A stretch of DNA of 64,000 nucleotides. Origin: Chrysomallon squamiferum. Taxonomy: Eukaryota > Animalia > Mollusca. Both the position numbers and the translations under genes were made by a program. The stretch spans positions 16,306,001 through 16,370,000 of the forward strand of contig CM022666.1 in NCBI GenBank assembly GCA_012295275.1. Reading direction: 5' to 3'. Below, piece after piece: positions 1-29,215 of this stretch. How positions within the stretch are numbered: position 1 is the first letter of the stretch; every line of letters begins with the position of its first letter. The notes beneath the pieces are model-generated. The model was not told the DNA's origin and ran no database searches. It saw only the letters and a list, made by a program, of their open reading frames with translations.

Positions 1-532
1 ATTCCTAGAGTTACATATCTTTAAAACAAAAATTAATAGTGTTATATTTTTTATAACAAACATTTCTAGAGTCATACAGTATATAAGAAGAAATTCTGGC
101 GATATATATCTTATACCAAACATGACAGCTATAAATTCATACATATATATATATATATATATATATAAACTTTTAGCGTTAAGACATTGTTATAACAAAA
201 ACTATTAAATGTTAACAATAAAAAGTGCTTCAGTTATATGTCATACTTCAGTAGCAATTCATTTTTACATTTATATATTTTACATGAAAATGTTTCCGTT
301 TAACAGCAAAAGTTCCCTATGTCGAATATTTTTATAGCAAAAATTTATGACATTATAATCATACAGGTTATAATTTCCCAGATCTTTAACAGCAAAACAA
401 AAAGAAAATTTTAGCTGAAACAGCACCAAACCAACGTAGTATTTCACAACATGAACATATACTTTCTTAAACTTTTTATACTAGATCATTAATATGACTT
501 TATTCTTTCTTCTTTTTCTCTTAATTTCATCA

Positions 533-600
<68 letters not shown>

Positions 601-1578
601 TTAATTAGGTAGCAAAAGAAGAAGGTTATATAAAGAATGTGTAAAAGTAATGGGTGGGTCTTTTAGGCATCGAACCCTCTCCCCTACAGTTTGAACGAGG
701 GTCGCACATCTTTTGTGTTAGCAACAATAACCTGTGGTTATATTAAACATCACAAGATACTCAGTAAACTCATAGGTGATATTAAAAAAATAAAAAATAA
801 AATAAAAAATAAAATAAAAAATAAATAATATCCGTGTAATATTAAATAGCATTATGAATGTTTCTTTAACAACTAATATTTTGTTTTACTCCCATCTATA
901 AATACAGCAGGTCATTTCCTATGAAAGAAAAGGGCATAAAAAGAATAAATGTAGATATAAAAATATAAATGTATATATATATAGTATTTTGATAATTTGT
1001 GCAAAATTATTTCCAAATCGTACGTTATATCCAATAACTGAAAATTTATATTAATATGAAAAAAATAAAATTATAATATAAAATATTTGTATAACAGTCA
1101 ATAAAGTATAATTAATAAATACAAAAAACAAAATTAAAAAAATTCAAACACGAGATAACAGGTTTTAAAATATCTAAGAAAAATGTATCTGAACAACTAC
1201 AAATGTTACTATTAATAGAAAGATATTTTGACCAATGAGATCTTTTGTTACATATGATACGAGTATCCTCACTGTTTATCCGTGAAATGTAAGAAAGATA
1301 TAAAATTATATAAGTACAAAATCAAATAAAACTATTAGTAGCGCTAATGATGATAATTATTAGTAATAACAGCATCAGTAATTCAAAATAATTGTAAAAG
1401 ATAAAAGTAAAGAAGTACAGCGTAAAATAAATGAATAAGGGAATGTCAAAAATGACTGTATTATGTTTCGGTGTCATTCGTACATACATACATATATATA
1501 TATAAGTTGATCTTAAGGCTTGTATATTAAAATCTATGACAGTAAAATAGTTTATATTCTAACATCACGTGACTTTGA

Positions 1579-16067
<14,489 letters not shown>

Positions 16068-16964
16068 TTTTTTCTGAAACACAAAAGAAACAGTTGAGTA
16101 TATAAATATTTAAAATTTCATCAACACTTCTCGCTTGTTTCAACAAGAGCTTGGGCAGTGACTATGAACAAACACATTAATGAATGTTAACGAACTGTCA
16201 ATGTATTTTAACACTAACAGTTACACCAAGGCCTAACGTTTGTTTTCTTTTGTACCCTCAACAGCAGTTTGTTAATCAGCAGCTAGAAATCGTTTTTAAA
16301 CACCATCCCATTGACAGCCCAAAAGTAAGTTAAGACCTTCGATTACTAAACAGTGAACTGATAAAACATAACTGCGAATTGCAGCATGTTTTAGGCAAGT
16401 TTTAAAAATCTATACGTCAAAATATTATAATGTTTATATTTCTTTAATTTATTCAAAGTCTGTTATCAAAGATGTAAAACTGAAAAAAAAAAAAGACAAA
16501 TATAAATGATGAACACAAACTACATGGTTGTTCATAAATATAAACGGAGTGCGTACACCTGTACTAATGTGTATACCTGTACTAATACACCTGGATACAC
16601 CTACACAAACAGATAAATATATCTCTAGATGTAAGAATGATTAAGCCAACAATTAACTTTTCAGAAAGGATGTAACGTAATCTAAAACTGTCACTCATGA
16701 GTAAAAGAGTTTTAAATTTCAAAGCTCTTCAGTCTTGGAAAACGCATTTATTCATTAGCCTCGTTTTGAAACCTTAACTTCCATTCATTCGATTATTCAG
16801 TAATGCAGCAGATGTCTAAATGAAACAGGAAGAAGATTATTTTAGACGTAAAAAAAAAAAAAAAAAAAAAAAACGTGCGGATAATAAAGCAATCATGCAG
16901 AAGAAAATGGTCCGACAAGTTAACTAATATTTAACAACGTTGTTATATTTTAATACGTTATTAT

Positions 16965-17009
<45 letters not shown>

Positions 17010-17393
17010 TATTTATTTTTATTATTATTATTATTTATTACTTCATAAATCTTATATTTCCTGCATCACTGAAAGAGTTAATAGAATATTCAACACGTTC
17101 ACAGTGTGTGTGAATTTGTCATAAATTATAAAAACGTTCGAGAGATCATTGAAGAGTTAGGTACGGGTCTTGTCCCAGATATTGTTATTCAAAATCCAAG
17201 ATAAAGGCGCAGAGTGTTGTGTGCAGACTTTGAAAGGAACTGGAAATACAGGTTTGTGAGATAAATTTATAACTCAAACTCGTCAGCTCTTTGAAATGTA
17301 GGACACGAGGTACTTCATATGCGGCTGTTATTTTTGAATTGTTGCAAGACGCAAGGATAGAGAGCGAGAGAGAGAGAGAGAGATGAGAGGGGG

Positions 17394-17550
<157 letters not shown>

Positions 17551-17599
17551 ATACAAACAAGGAAAACAGTTACATATATTTATATAGATATACAGTCAG

Positions 17600-17686
<87 letters not shown>

Positions 17687-18111
17687 ACAGAGAGATTCAC
17701 TGAGATAGACGTATGCTTTTCAAAATAATTATATTAATTTTATATAACAAATATACAACATGGCTTTTGTCAGTGCAAGATATTTAAATCAAAGGCTCGT
17801 ATGACATCTAGCATACTGTTATTTAGAAAAGTTAGTGTTGATTTTTTTTTTTTTTTTTAAATATTTTTTATGGATGTTACACATGGATGAATGAATACAG
17901 CTTATATTAAGTTGCAAATATGAGAGGAATGTGTACAAAGATACTAACGTAGCTAAACTGACGCTCTGCAGTTTCACGAGAATGTTGTTAAAAAGAAAAG
18001 TTCAGGGTGAATTTGAGACTTTGATGATGTGGTCTAAAGTCACAGATTTTTTAAAGAAGAATGGAAAATGTAAAGCTATATTGTGGAGAATCCACTACTG
18101 CTGCTGCTACA

Positions 18112-18189
<78 letters not shown>

Positions 18190-18233
18190 GCTACAACTAC
18201 TACTACTACTACTACTGCTACAACTACTACTAT

Positions 18234-18291
<58 letters not shown>

Positions 18292-18864
18292 GCTACAACA
18301 CAACTACTACTACTACTGCTACAACTACTACTACAACAACTATAGCTATTACTATTACTACTACTATTAATATTAATACTAATACTAATACTAATACTAA
18401 TACTAATACTAATACTACCAGCACTAATATTAATTCTATATATTTCCTTCATTATAGCCTGTTTCTACCCTCTCATCATTATTAGTTCTGCTAGACAAAG
18501 CAGTACGGGATTGGCTTTTCATTTCTTGTTATCGTAGGAGTAACCATTTAAAATGTTCGTGAGCTGTTGGGAAGGTTCATGGAACACAATCCCCTGAGGT
18601 GTGCTTGGTTCGGGGGGGTGTAGGAGGGGGCGTGTTTAGGAGGGGGCGTGCCAAAGGCTGCCAGGATGTAGGGGAATGTTTGCAGTTTGATTATTTTAGA
18701 GTTTTAATTCGCAATTAGGTGTTAAATTACACTAAATTAATTTTTATAAATTTAACTTCTGACATTTCAGATAAATTATTCAGATAAAATGTGTGCAGCT
18801 CAAGTTATTAAATTGATCCATTAACTGTTAAAGATATATATAATTATAAAACATAGAACATTAA

Positions 18865-19070
<206 letters not shown>

Positions 19071-19305
19071 TAGAGGGTAAGTATGTAGGCATTTGTCTCG
19101 CCATACAAGTTTGTTTCATTTTCAAACAACTCCAACAAAATTATAACATCAAGCAGCCAAAAGCTATGACGTCACAAAGACATATTTTAATATCAAAGGG
19201 AAACTTAAGGAACTGTCAGCTTCTAATTTCCATCAGTGTCAAAACACTGTCGTGTCATGTTTACAGGTAAAAACATAAAGGTAAATACCTGTCTCGTTAT
19301 CTTAC

Positions 19306-19338
19306 CTGGATGTGACAGGTGGTAAACAGGTGAGGCAT
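19306..19338 (-). other. Candidate alternative first coding exon of the plakin gene (MPHLFTTCHIQ)
   Basis: ATG at 19338, 11 codons ending phase 0 at consensus donor CAG|GTAAG; compatible with the phase-0 acceptor at 16073 (KKMAKSE...). Confidence 0.4.
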
Positions 19339-19673
19339 TAAATAATCGATACGAGATGAGAGAGATATGACAAATATAGGTTAAACTCGATGTCCTCGGG
19401 CGCCGTGTAAATATAAACTTCGTTTTATTATTGCTTCTGTCGTGTGGGAGGCAGAACGGGTTTAAGTTAGTCTCTTTGCTAGATCAATCTGATATGATAT
19501 TTAATAATCTATAAAATAATATAAATAAAAGTAGTAAAATGTTGGAAATACGCTGAAAGAAACGTAAATTTATAGAAAAAAAAAACGGTACATACATTCA
19601 TACATACATACATACATACACATATACATATACATACATACATTCATACATACATACTTATATAATACATACA

Positions 19674-19704
<31 letters not shown>

Positions 19705-19760
19705 CATACATACATACATACATACATACACATACACATATACACATACATACATACATT

Positions 19761-19792
<32 letters not shown>

Positions 19793-20744
19793 CATGATAT
19801 ACATATGTCTATCACATACAGATATACATATACATACACATACATACACATATACAATTACATATAAATACACATACATATATACACACACATATACATG
19901 CATTTATACATGCAAATACATATATACATACATACATACACGCATATATATACACACACACATATATATATATAACACACACACATGCATATATATATAT
20001 ACACACACACACAAACATATATGCAGACAGGCAGACAAGCAAGCAAGTTCGTCTACAGGAGGGATTCAAATAAAAGTCTCTTGTTGCTAAGTAAAAAGTG
20101 TAATCTGTGTGGAAATGTCAGCACATTTGATATTAAGAACAAAACAATTATTATAGGTGAAATTAAACTAGTTAAATAGTTTTTATCTGTGACAGTCAGG
20201 TACGAAATGTCGACGTGACTGACTTTAGTTTGTTTTACAACAGTCGTGTAATATCAGTGCATGTATTCTGTTACCTCTGTCTTGCAACACAGTCATATCA
20301 AGTAGTACATCATCATGCTTTAAACCTAACAGGTCATAAAGAACACAGAACGCTTTGAAATACAATAAATAAATATATACATATATATATAATACAAAAC
20401 TCTGCAAAACAATACATAAAACAGCACAAAAAAGAGAAGGACTGTAACTGAAGAAAAAATAATAGAATTTTAGTTCAAAATAAAGATTAAAAAGAGCGAC
20501 TGGAAAAAAAAAACAAGTAAAAAAAATATTTTGTGTGAGCGTGGGAACCATGAGTCGAAATAAATTAAAGGTTTTGTAATTTAGCAGATTACTTGATGAT
20601 GTAACAAAGCCAAATTCAAAATGTCAATAGCCAAAATTTCGTAATTGTTTACAGACAGAAAAAAAAAAAGAAAGAAAAAAAACAGCAGTTACATTCACAA
20701 TGATAATGATCAGTATTCATAAAATAAGTTGTAGTTGTGTTATT

Positions 20745-20787
<43 letters not shown>

Positions 20788-21360
20788 TTTTATGTAAAGT
20801 AGTATCTTTATTCATGCTATATTAAAAAGGATCATGGTGTTAACACAAACATATTCTTTCCTGGTTGGTTGGAAGATAGAAACAAAGTTAGAATTATATT
20901 CACTACATTCATGGATAAAATTCATAAACGTTTTGAAATTTAATCAGTCACAAACAAACTAAATGCATAGTGATTATAGCCATAACTCCTACAATCCTTT
21001 CTACTCATTAGCAAGATGTTAGTAAAGCAAATTCATCCTGAGTATGTAGAAAAGTGTTAAAGTTTTCTCACTTGTTTGTTTAACTGATGGTAGTAGTAAC
21101 CTTTGTACAACTTCCACAAATACCTGTCATCATGTTTGTGATTTAATGATTAACTTTAGATAAAACTAGTCACTTAGAGGTTTACTTTTACTAGAAGTGT
21201 GTAGTGACATACAAAAGATAGAAAATAATTTAGTACTAGACTGGAGTTAGACTACGTTTAGTAACGTTTTCTACATCTAAGACTATGTCATTACAAACAA
21301 ATTTACAATAAATGTTCAATTAAATAAATAAATAAATAAGAATATGTAATAATAATGATG

Positions 21361-21404
<44 letters not shown>

Positions 21405-21949
21405 TTATAACTGCAATGAATTAATGTATTAAGCTAAACAAAAAACATTATTGATAAAATTATATTAATTAAAATAAACGGTAATTATATATTGTATAGA
21501 TACACATACACATACACATACATACATACACACACATACAAACTACTACATACTAAAAGTAAAATCAACACTAATATTAATTATTAATAAATAAAACATA
21601 GATTACAGATTACAATTTATAGAGCATGCGGCAATTAAAAAGAAAGTTAATCAGACAAATAAAGCAATCTGTTACCTGTGTAGAAAAACGAGAGAATCTC
21701 TGTAAACAGGAACAACACAAAGTGAACTGTTTGTCTATCCACACTGAAATCTTTAACAGACAACGCCCACTCGCTGACCTACCTTGGAGCCACCGGCTAA
21801 GACGGGTATTCAGAAAACAGGACACACCTAAAACTCGTGCGACAAGGTAGCACCTTAAAACTGTGTACAAATGTTGGGCATTAAAATAGAGTAAACAACG
21901 TTAGTTTCGAAAAACTGAGCAGAAATACCGAATGTACCATCTGGGTAAA

Positions 21950-22230
21950 ATTAAAACCATGTAATTACGTCATAATTAAAATCACTTAATTATGTCATAA
22001 TTAAAACCATGCAATAACGTCACAATTAAAACAGAGTAAAACGAGACAATGAAAACTATCTAAACACGTCAAATGCAATAACGTCATAATTAGAACAGTG
22101 TAAAACATGGCAATGAAAAATCTAAACATCATAATTAAAACTACGTAATAACATCATAATTAAAACCATGCAGAAACGTCACAATTAAAACTATGTAATA
22201 ACGTCATAATTAAAATTAAAACCATGTAAA
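21950..22230. repeat. Degenerate about 25-bp minisatellite
   Basis: Unit approximately aataacgtcataattaaaaccatgt. Confidence 0.8.
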
Positions 22231-23281
22231 AACCAAAAAAGCAAATCTAAAACCCACCAAAACTCGTCACACGTACAACTTGGTTCAAAGGGCAAACTGA
22301 AAACTTGGTCACACTAAATCGAGGTAAAATTTCACTTTTCAAACTCGTATAAAAAATTTCACACCTTCACAGCGAATAATAATAAAAAATAGACTAATAA
22401 TAAATAAATGAATAAGAAAAAGTGAATAAGAAAATAATAAACATCTCTCTTTTAAGATTCTCTATTTTATGTTCACACTTTGACATTAGAAATTACTTTT
22501 CTTCTACTCTTCTTTTTAACCTACAGAGATTCTGCTCCATTAAATAAATGTAAAATGTGCAAAACACAAAGAAAATATATGCCGTGCAGTCTCTTTGTAC
22601 ACAAATAGATATACTTGAATATACAATACATACACGTATTCATAACTACACACATTATACATATACTAATGTTGGCATATCCTTTTGATTATTTAATACA
22701 TAAATACGTACATACATACATATCTGCTACGTATAACATACATTTATATATATATACACGCAGACATGCACTTACATACATATGCACACACACACATATA
22801 TTTGAACTGTGACGTCAGGTAACCTAAAGAGGCTTTTGTCAAGTTTCTACGGTATCTGATTTTACTCTATATAAATATAACCTAACTTGATATAAACTGG
22901 TAAATTAACATATCAATTGAACTATACCTACCAAGGTATACAGTTTAACTACTTGACTTACAAATTTGTAAAGTCATATAAACAGTAACATACACGCACA
23001 CGCACAACTGTTCATTATATACATATTAACGCCACATTATTCAAATACTGTTCTGTGCTGTACAGGTCTAATAATGTAAAATCGACACAAGATTGTTTTA
23101 AAGTGCAAGATAAACACGTAAGATAAAACGTGCATGTGAAATTAAACAAGCCGTCTCCATGGTTACCTGCACGGATTATTTCTTCTGCACACACAGAAAG
23201 GAATGCGTAAGTTAAAAATAAATAACTTAATCTCAGATGAAAGCACAGCCCTTCTCCTTTTTTTCTTCTTTTTTTTTTCCT

Positions 23282-23312
<31 letters not shown>

Positions 23313-24268
23313 TTAGTAGTAGTAGTAGTTGTTGTTGTAGTAACAGTAAAAGTTGTATTTTTTGGCTCTGAAAGAAGAAATTTGTTTCTGCCTTTTACTG
23401 GAAAAGAATAACTACAATTACCATCAGTTTTCCGTTACTACTACTAATATTACTACTGCTCCTGCTGCTACTACTACTACTGATACTACTACTTCCACTG
23501 TTAATATATTAGTACTACTATACCTATTATTACTTCCGTTACTACTGCTACAACTGCTACTACTACTTCCACTGTTAATATATTATACTACTATACCTAT
23601 TATTACTTCTATTACTACTACTACTACTGCTGTTGCTACTAGTGTTACCACTACTACTACCATTACTACAGCTCTACTACTACTACTACTACTATTATTA
23701 ATAATAATAATCATAACAGCAACTCTGCACATGCTAATGTATGTCTGTGTTTACACTTGCACATTGTACTCATGTAAACTCCTATAACTGTCTTTGTGTG
23801 CCTTATTTTTATATTTGCTATCAACATAAACAAGATGAACATACAATATAATAACTTACATTTTACGCTATAAACAAAAACAACGTGTATTATATTTTAC
23901 ACTCGCAGCTTACTATATATTTTGTCTGTAACCAGCACCATATTGAAAAATTCAGTTACTCTGTTGTAGATCACAGTTAGAACAGTGACTGGCATTATTA
24001 CTGTCAATTTTATACGGATATAAGTTATTATCTCCTATTAAAGTTATTATTGACATTTTTATTAGTTCTAACACGTTTAACCCGAACTCGGAAACCTCAG
24101 CTATTTATTTTTTTATGTTGTGCCCGAAGCGAAATGTAAAATCCGGAAAGAATTTTTAATATATTATATGTCATACTTCGTTAGTTACTAACAGATCTTA
24201 AAATATCTTTACAATAATTCCTGACATAATTTTAAATATACATGCGTATGTGTGTGTGTATGTATGTG

Positions 24269-24300
<32 letters not shown>

Positions 24301-25112
24301 AATACACATGCACACACAAACATACACACATATTCATATTTATTTATTTACATTGTTTGTTTGTTTACTTGCTTGAATGTTTATTTATTTATTTATTTAT
24401 TTATTTGTTTATTTATTATATCTAAAACAAAATCAGATCATGTAAGTTATTCTTACCTATTAGCGAGATGTGAATATCTTATATGAACCTTACCATAAAC
24501 AGGAGACTGTATATTTGTATAAAACAGTTTTTAAATATAAACGTCATCGGATGCAGCCTGGCAAAAAAAAAAAAAAAAAAAAGAAGAAGATTTATACGTT
24601 AGCGTAAGAAGAACTGAACCCGAGACCATCAGATGATCATTTTAGTACAGAAATGTACAATAGTAATGTAATATATACACTTTTTTGTTTTAAATGCTCG
24701 ACATCTCTGGCACTGATCGATCTTGACAATTTTCCTCACATACCGAGCACATCTAAATATTACAACATTCTATTAATAGCAGCATAAAAGCGTGTCATGT
24801 TGATTGATAAGTCGTTTCCTTTAACAAGACGTTTTCAAGTCCGACTGGTGTCAGTTATGTTAAAGTGGTTAAAATACTGTTTGAGGTGTGATAGGTCTCT
24901 GGTTCGGTTGTTGTCAGTGCGTGCGTGGTGCCACGTTCATTTCCTGCTAGAAAATAATATACGACTTCTGTTCTCAGAGATTAGGTGTATTTAATTATTT
25001 TCTTTTTTTTTTCTGTTTCTGGTCTTTCCTTTTATGATTTTTATTTTTTTTGTATTTATTTTTTTTTTTTTTTTATTGTTATTAACTTTTTTGTATTATT
25101 ATTATTATTATT

Positions 25113-25177
<65 letters not shown>

Positions 25178-25279
25178 CGTCGTTGTTATTTATGGCATGT
25201 TTTTGTGTGCGTGTTTCATTTAAAATGATGATTTGAACATAATTCACTGGCTCGTGTTATCGATTATTATCAACTGATC

Positions 25280-25745
25280 AGGTTTTCATAAACCAGTCGT
25301 GGTAGACTGATTTCAATAAAAAGTAACGCGGTCTAGGGTTTTCATTAACCAGTCGTGGTAGACTGATTTCAATAAAAAGTAACGCAATAAATGGTTTTCA
25401 TTAACCGGTCGTGGTAGACTGATTTCAGTAAAAAGTAACGCGGTCTAGGGTTTTCATTAACCAGTCGTGGTAGGATTTTTAACGCGGTCAGGGTTTTCAT
25501 TAACCAGTCGTGGTAGACTGACTAACGCGGAGGGTTTTTTAACCAGTCGAGGTAGACTGTAAAAGTAACGCGGTCTAGGGTTTTCATTAACCAGTCGTGG
25601 TAGACTGATTTCAATAAAAAGTAACGCGGTCTAGGGTTTTCATTAACCGGTCGTGGTAGACTGATTTCAGTAAAAAGTAACGCGGTCTAGGGTTTTCATT
25701 AACCAGTCGTGGTAGACTGATTTCAATAAAAAGTAACGCAATAAA
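25280..25745. repeat. About 56-bp minisatellite, about 9 copies
   Basis: Unit ggttttcattaaccagtcgtggtagactgatttcaataaaaagtaacgcggtctag; middle copies carry deletions. Confidence 0.93.
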
Positions 25746-25867
25746 TCTTTCAAACAAGTACCAGGCAACAGCTATCTTTACACGGATTCAGCCGCCTTCT
25801 GCGTTGAGTGTTCTCGAATGATAACAAAAAAAGTAGTCGACTGAAGAAATGAATTTCAATTGTAAGA

Positions 25868-26152
25868 TACACATCTTGATGTTGACACGACGTCTTGATG
25901 TTGACACGACATTTTGACGACGTGCTGTCCACTTAACAGAAATACATCTTCATGAAGTCCCATTAACATAACAGAATATTCACGATATAATATCTTCACG
26001 ACGTCACGTTAACATGACGACATATTCACGACGTTCTGTTAAAACAATAATCATCTTCATGACGTCATATTAATACAGCGTCATCTTCATGACGTCATAT
26101 TAACACAACGTCATCTTCGTGACGTCATATTAACACAACGTCATCTTCATGC
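25868..26152. repeat. Degenerate 19/30-bp tandem repeat rich in TGACGTCA-like motifs
   Basis: Units acacgacgtcttgatgttg and cgtcatcttcatgacgtcatattaacacaa. Confidence 0.75.
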
Positions 26153-27231
26153 CTAAACAAAGAAGAATCGAAGCTTGGTGTATTTTCGACGGGCGTATAC
26201 AGATTTATATTATTATTATTATTATCAAGATTCTGACTACAGAGCTGAGTCATTATGGTTACGACAACGATTCTCTTCGGCGCGCGATTAAAAGCGTTTC
26301 CCATTCCAACAGTATGTCTCACTGGCTTACAAATACCAGCATATCTGTTTTCCTGTTCATGGTAAGGTGAATATAAGAAATATCTTGCGGCTAATAAAGA
26401 AACCGTACGTGAAAAGGGTGGGTTATCCGGATATTTTATCATTATGTGTATATGCTATACTAACTTTATACATGACGCCATATAATTGCTGATTATGTTT
26501 ATATGTTGAATACGTCATTAAATAAATTATTTCTTTCTTCTGACCTTCTCCCGTGATTTCCTGTTTATCAAAATGACTCTAAATTTGTTATTTAAAAATG
26601 AAACGAAATATCAGGTTAATTATTTGAAGGCATTAGTAATAATATCATTATTAAAAAAATAATAATAATAATTTAAAAAAAACTATTTAAAAATTTAAAA
26701 AAAAATAAAACTTAAACGAAATGTTTATTGTTTAAAGGTATCAATATTTTGTTTATTTAGATGAATGAATGAATGAATAAATAAATAAATAAATAAATAC
26801 GAATCCAGTTTTTCTGTTGTACATTCGAGATCGAGAAAAAAAAAAAAAAAGCTCCAGAATTAATTTCAGTAATTTCGGGACGGACAGCAGGACGTACGGA
26901 CTTGCAGTTACTGGCGAACTGGTGATTAAAGTAATGGACGGGTTTGGTTAATTATTCTGATGCTGAAACGAGATTGAATCGCGTTAGTATGCAATATTAA
27001 TGAGGTCTTCCATCTGGTATGTGAGTAGAGGAGTAATACTGACATGCGCCAGAGGTATACCCTTGAAACATAACCTTGTGTATGACACATACACACACAT
27101 ACACACATACACAGAAAAATAGACAAGTAACACACAAACATAATTATACACATTCTCACGCATTGATTTTGTTTGTTTGTTTCTTTAATCATTTATTTCT
27201 TATTCTTTCATTTATTATTTTCTGATTGTTG

Positions 27232-27303
<72 letters not shown>

Positions 27304-28009
27304 CATTCCAGCAGCAACGGCCTAAAGGACAAAATGAAATCTTTCTGCAAAAATAACCCTGTATTGATTCGACAGTCACGTGATGTTTTTTCCGCTGATA
27401 AAAATTGATATGCATTAGTGCACCAGCTTATGCAGTTTTCTAACACCTAGAAGCAAAAACACGACCTGACGTTCCTCCGATGTTTGTTACAGATATTACC
27501 TGCCGAGGTAAACCCGATCCCACATACCACGTTTTCTATTTGAATAAATCTCCGAAAACCGTATATTTAAAAACATAGGCAGATTTTTCTAAAGATAGTT
27601 AGACATAACACATTGTTATTCTTTCAGAAAAACCAGTTCTGTGGGTTTTATCAATATAATAACAAAAGACAGGTAAGTTTACCTGCCATAACTAATTTTA
27701 CCTGTTGACATTCAGTCACATACGATGACATGTCGAGGGGAAAAGCTGTGAGGTAGAACATGTTTAAATCAAACAGCCCCTAGATGGCGCTGATTTATTG
27801 TCTACGCAACAATAAGAGGTATAAAGTAATCACAACGATTGCACATCCAGCTTGTCTGGTTTACAATTTGCTGCCCACATAAATGACAGAATCCTTGAAC
27901 ATGATATCTGATGTAATTACTCTAAAACTTTAACAATAGTTGTCTGCCTACGTATATGAAGAAGATATTACCGCTTCTTAGGTAATAAAGAAAATTAAAG
28001 AACCCAAAA

Positions 28010-28166
<157 letters not shown>

Positions 28167-28662
28167 AACTAATATAAAGGTTAAGAACAGAACAAACATA
28201 GTTAAACAGGTTATTTAGATAAGAACACTTTGCTGTATTCTAATTATCTAAGTAATAATTATTACTGATAATAAATAATTACAATATTATAATGCCATGC
28301 TAATTACGTAGCGTTGTAAAAACTAACTTCGTCAAGCAGGTATAATCAAAGATTAAATTTTACAGGTTTATTTACGGCTGGATACACCTGGTCGAGGTAT
28401 GTAATACGGGTTGTTTGCACACCTGAACAGTTAGTTTGAAATTAAGACGTTCAGAAAATTCACACAGCTGTTACATTACCTGTCTACCTCTACAGCGAGT
28501 TCATGTACCCACAGATTCGTTTTGAACAAGTGTGTCCCTCGGTTATATTTTTGCGTTATTGTGTGTAATGTGCATGCGATTTATAGCTGTTTTGTAGAGT
28601 GAGATATGTCACGTGAATTTATCTAGCTGGTTAAGCTGTACCTGGCAGCCAGATCAATTCTG

Positions 28663-28730
<68 letters not shown>

Positions 28731-29006
28731 ATGTATGTATGTATGTATGTATGTATGTATGTATGTATGTATGTATGTATGTATGTATGTATGTATGTAT
28801 GTATGTGTGTATGGATGAATGTAAGTGTGTGTGTATGTATGTATGTATGTATGTACATATGCAAAATTTTATATTAAGAAATAGCCAAATACTTACTCCA
28901 ATTCGAAAAATAATAAATTAATTTATATTAAATAATAATAAAGAAATTCATTTTTGTGTTTAAAATTACGACTCTATCCGAAATAAAATAATAAAATTGT
29001 ACTCAC

Positions 29007-29215
29007 CTCAGTATATCAGTTTTAACACTGGTACTAAAAAAACACACACACTCTCTACAGAACACTTGAGTTAGAAAAAACCGAGAAGTGAATATGAAAT
29101 ATAAATCAAATTTTACTTTGATCTTTCACTTCGTCTCCCCGTTCTGCTAGATTTCAAATAACTAACTGCATTAATGTTTATTTAACTCCGCCCACTTTGA
29201 TAAAATATCCAATAC
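29007..29215 (-). promoter_or_regulatory. Candidate core promoter and non-coding first exon for the plakin gene
   Basis: Minus strand reads ATTGG (CCAAT box, about 29209), GGGCGG GC box (about 29188-29193), TTAAATAAA TATA-like element, then about 140 nt without ATG ending in consensus donor GAG|GTGAGT at 29007. Confidence 0.45.

Noticed and set aside
21610-21870. Overlapping 74-86 aa ORFs on both strands
   Set aside because: No recognisable family; better explained as a possible non-coding exon or regulatory island.
24850-24925. tRNA-like A and B boxes (taaagtggtt ... ggttcgg)
   Set aside because: No cloverleaf can be formed; at most a decayed SINE head.
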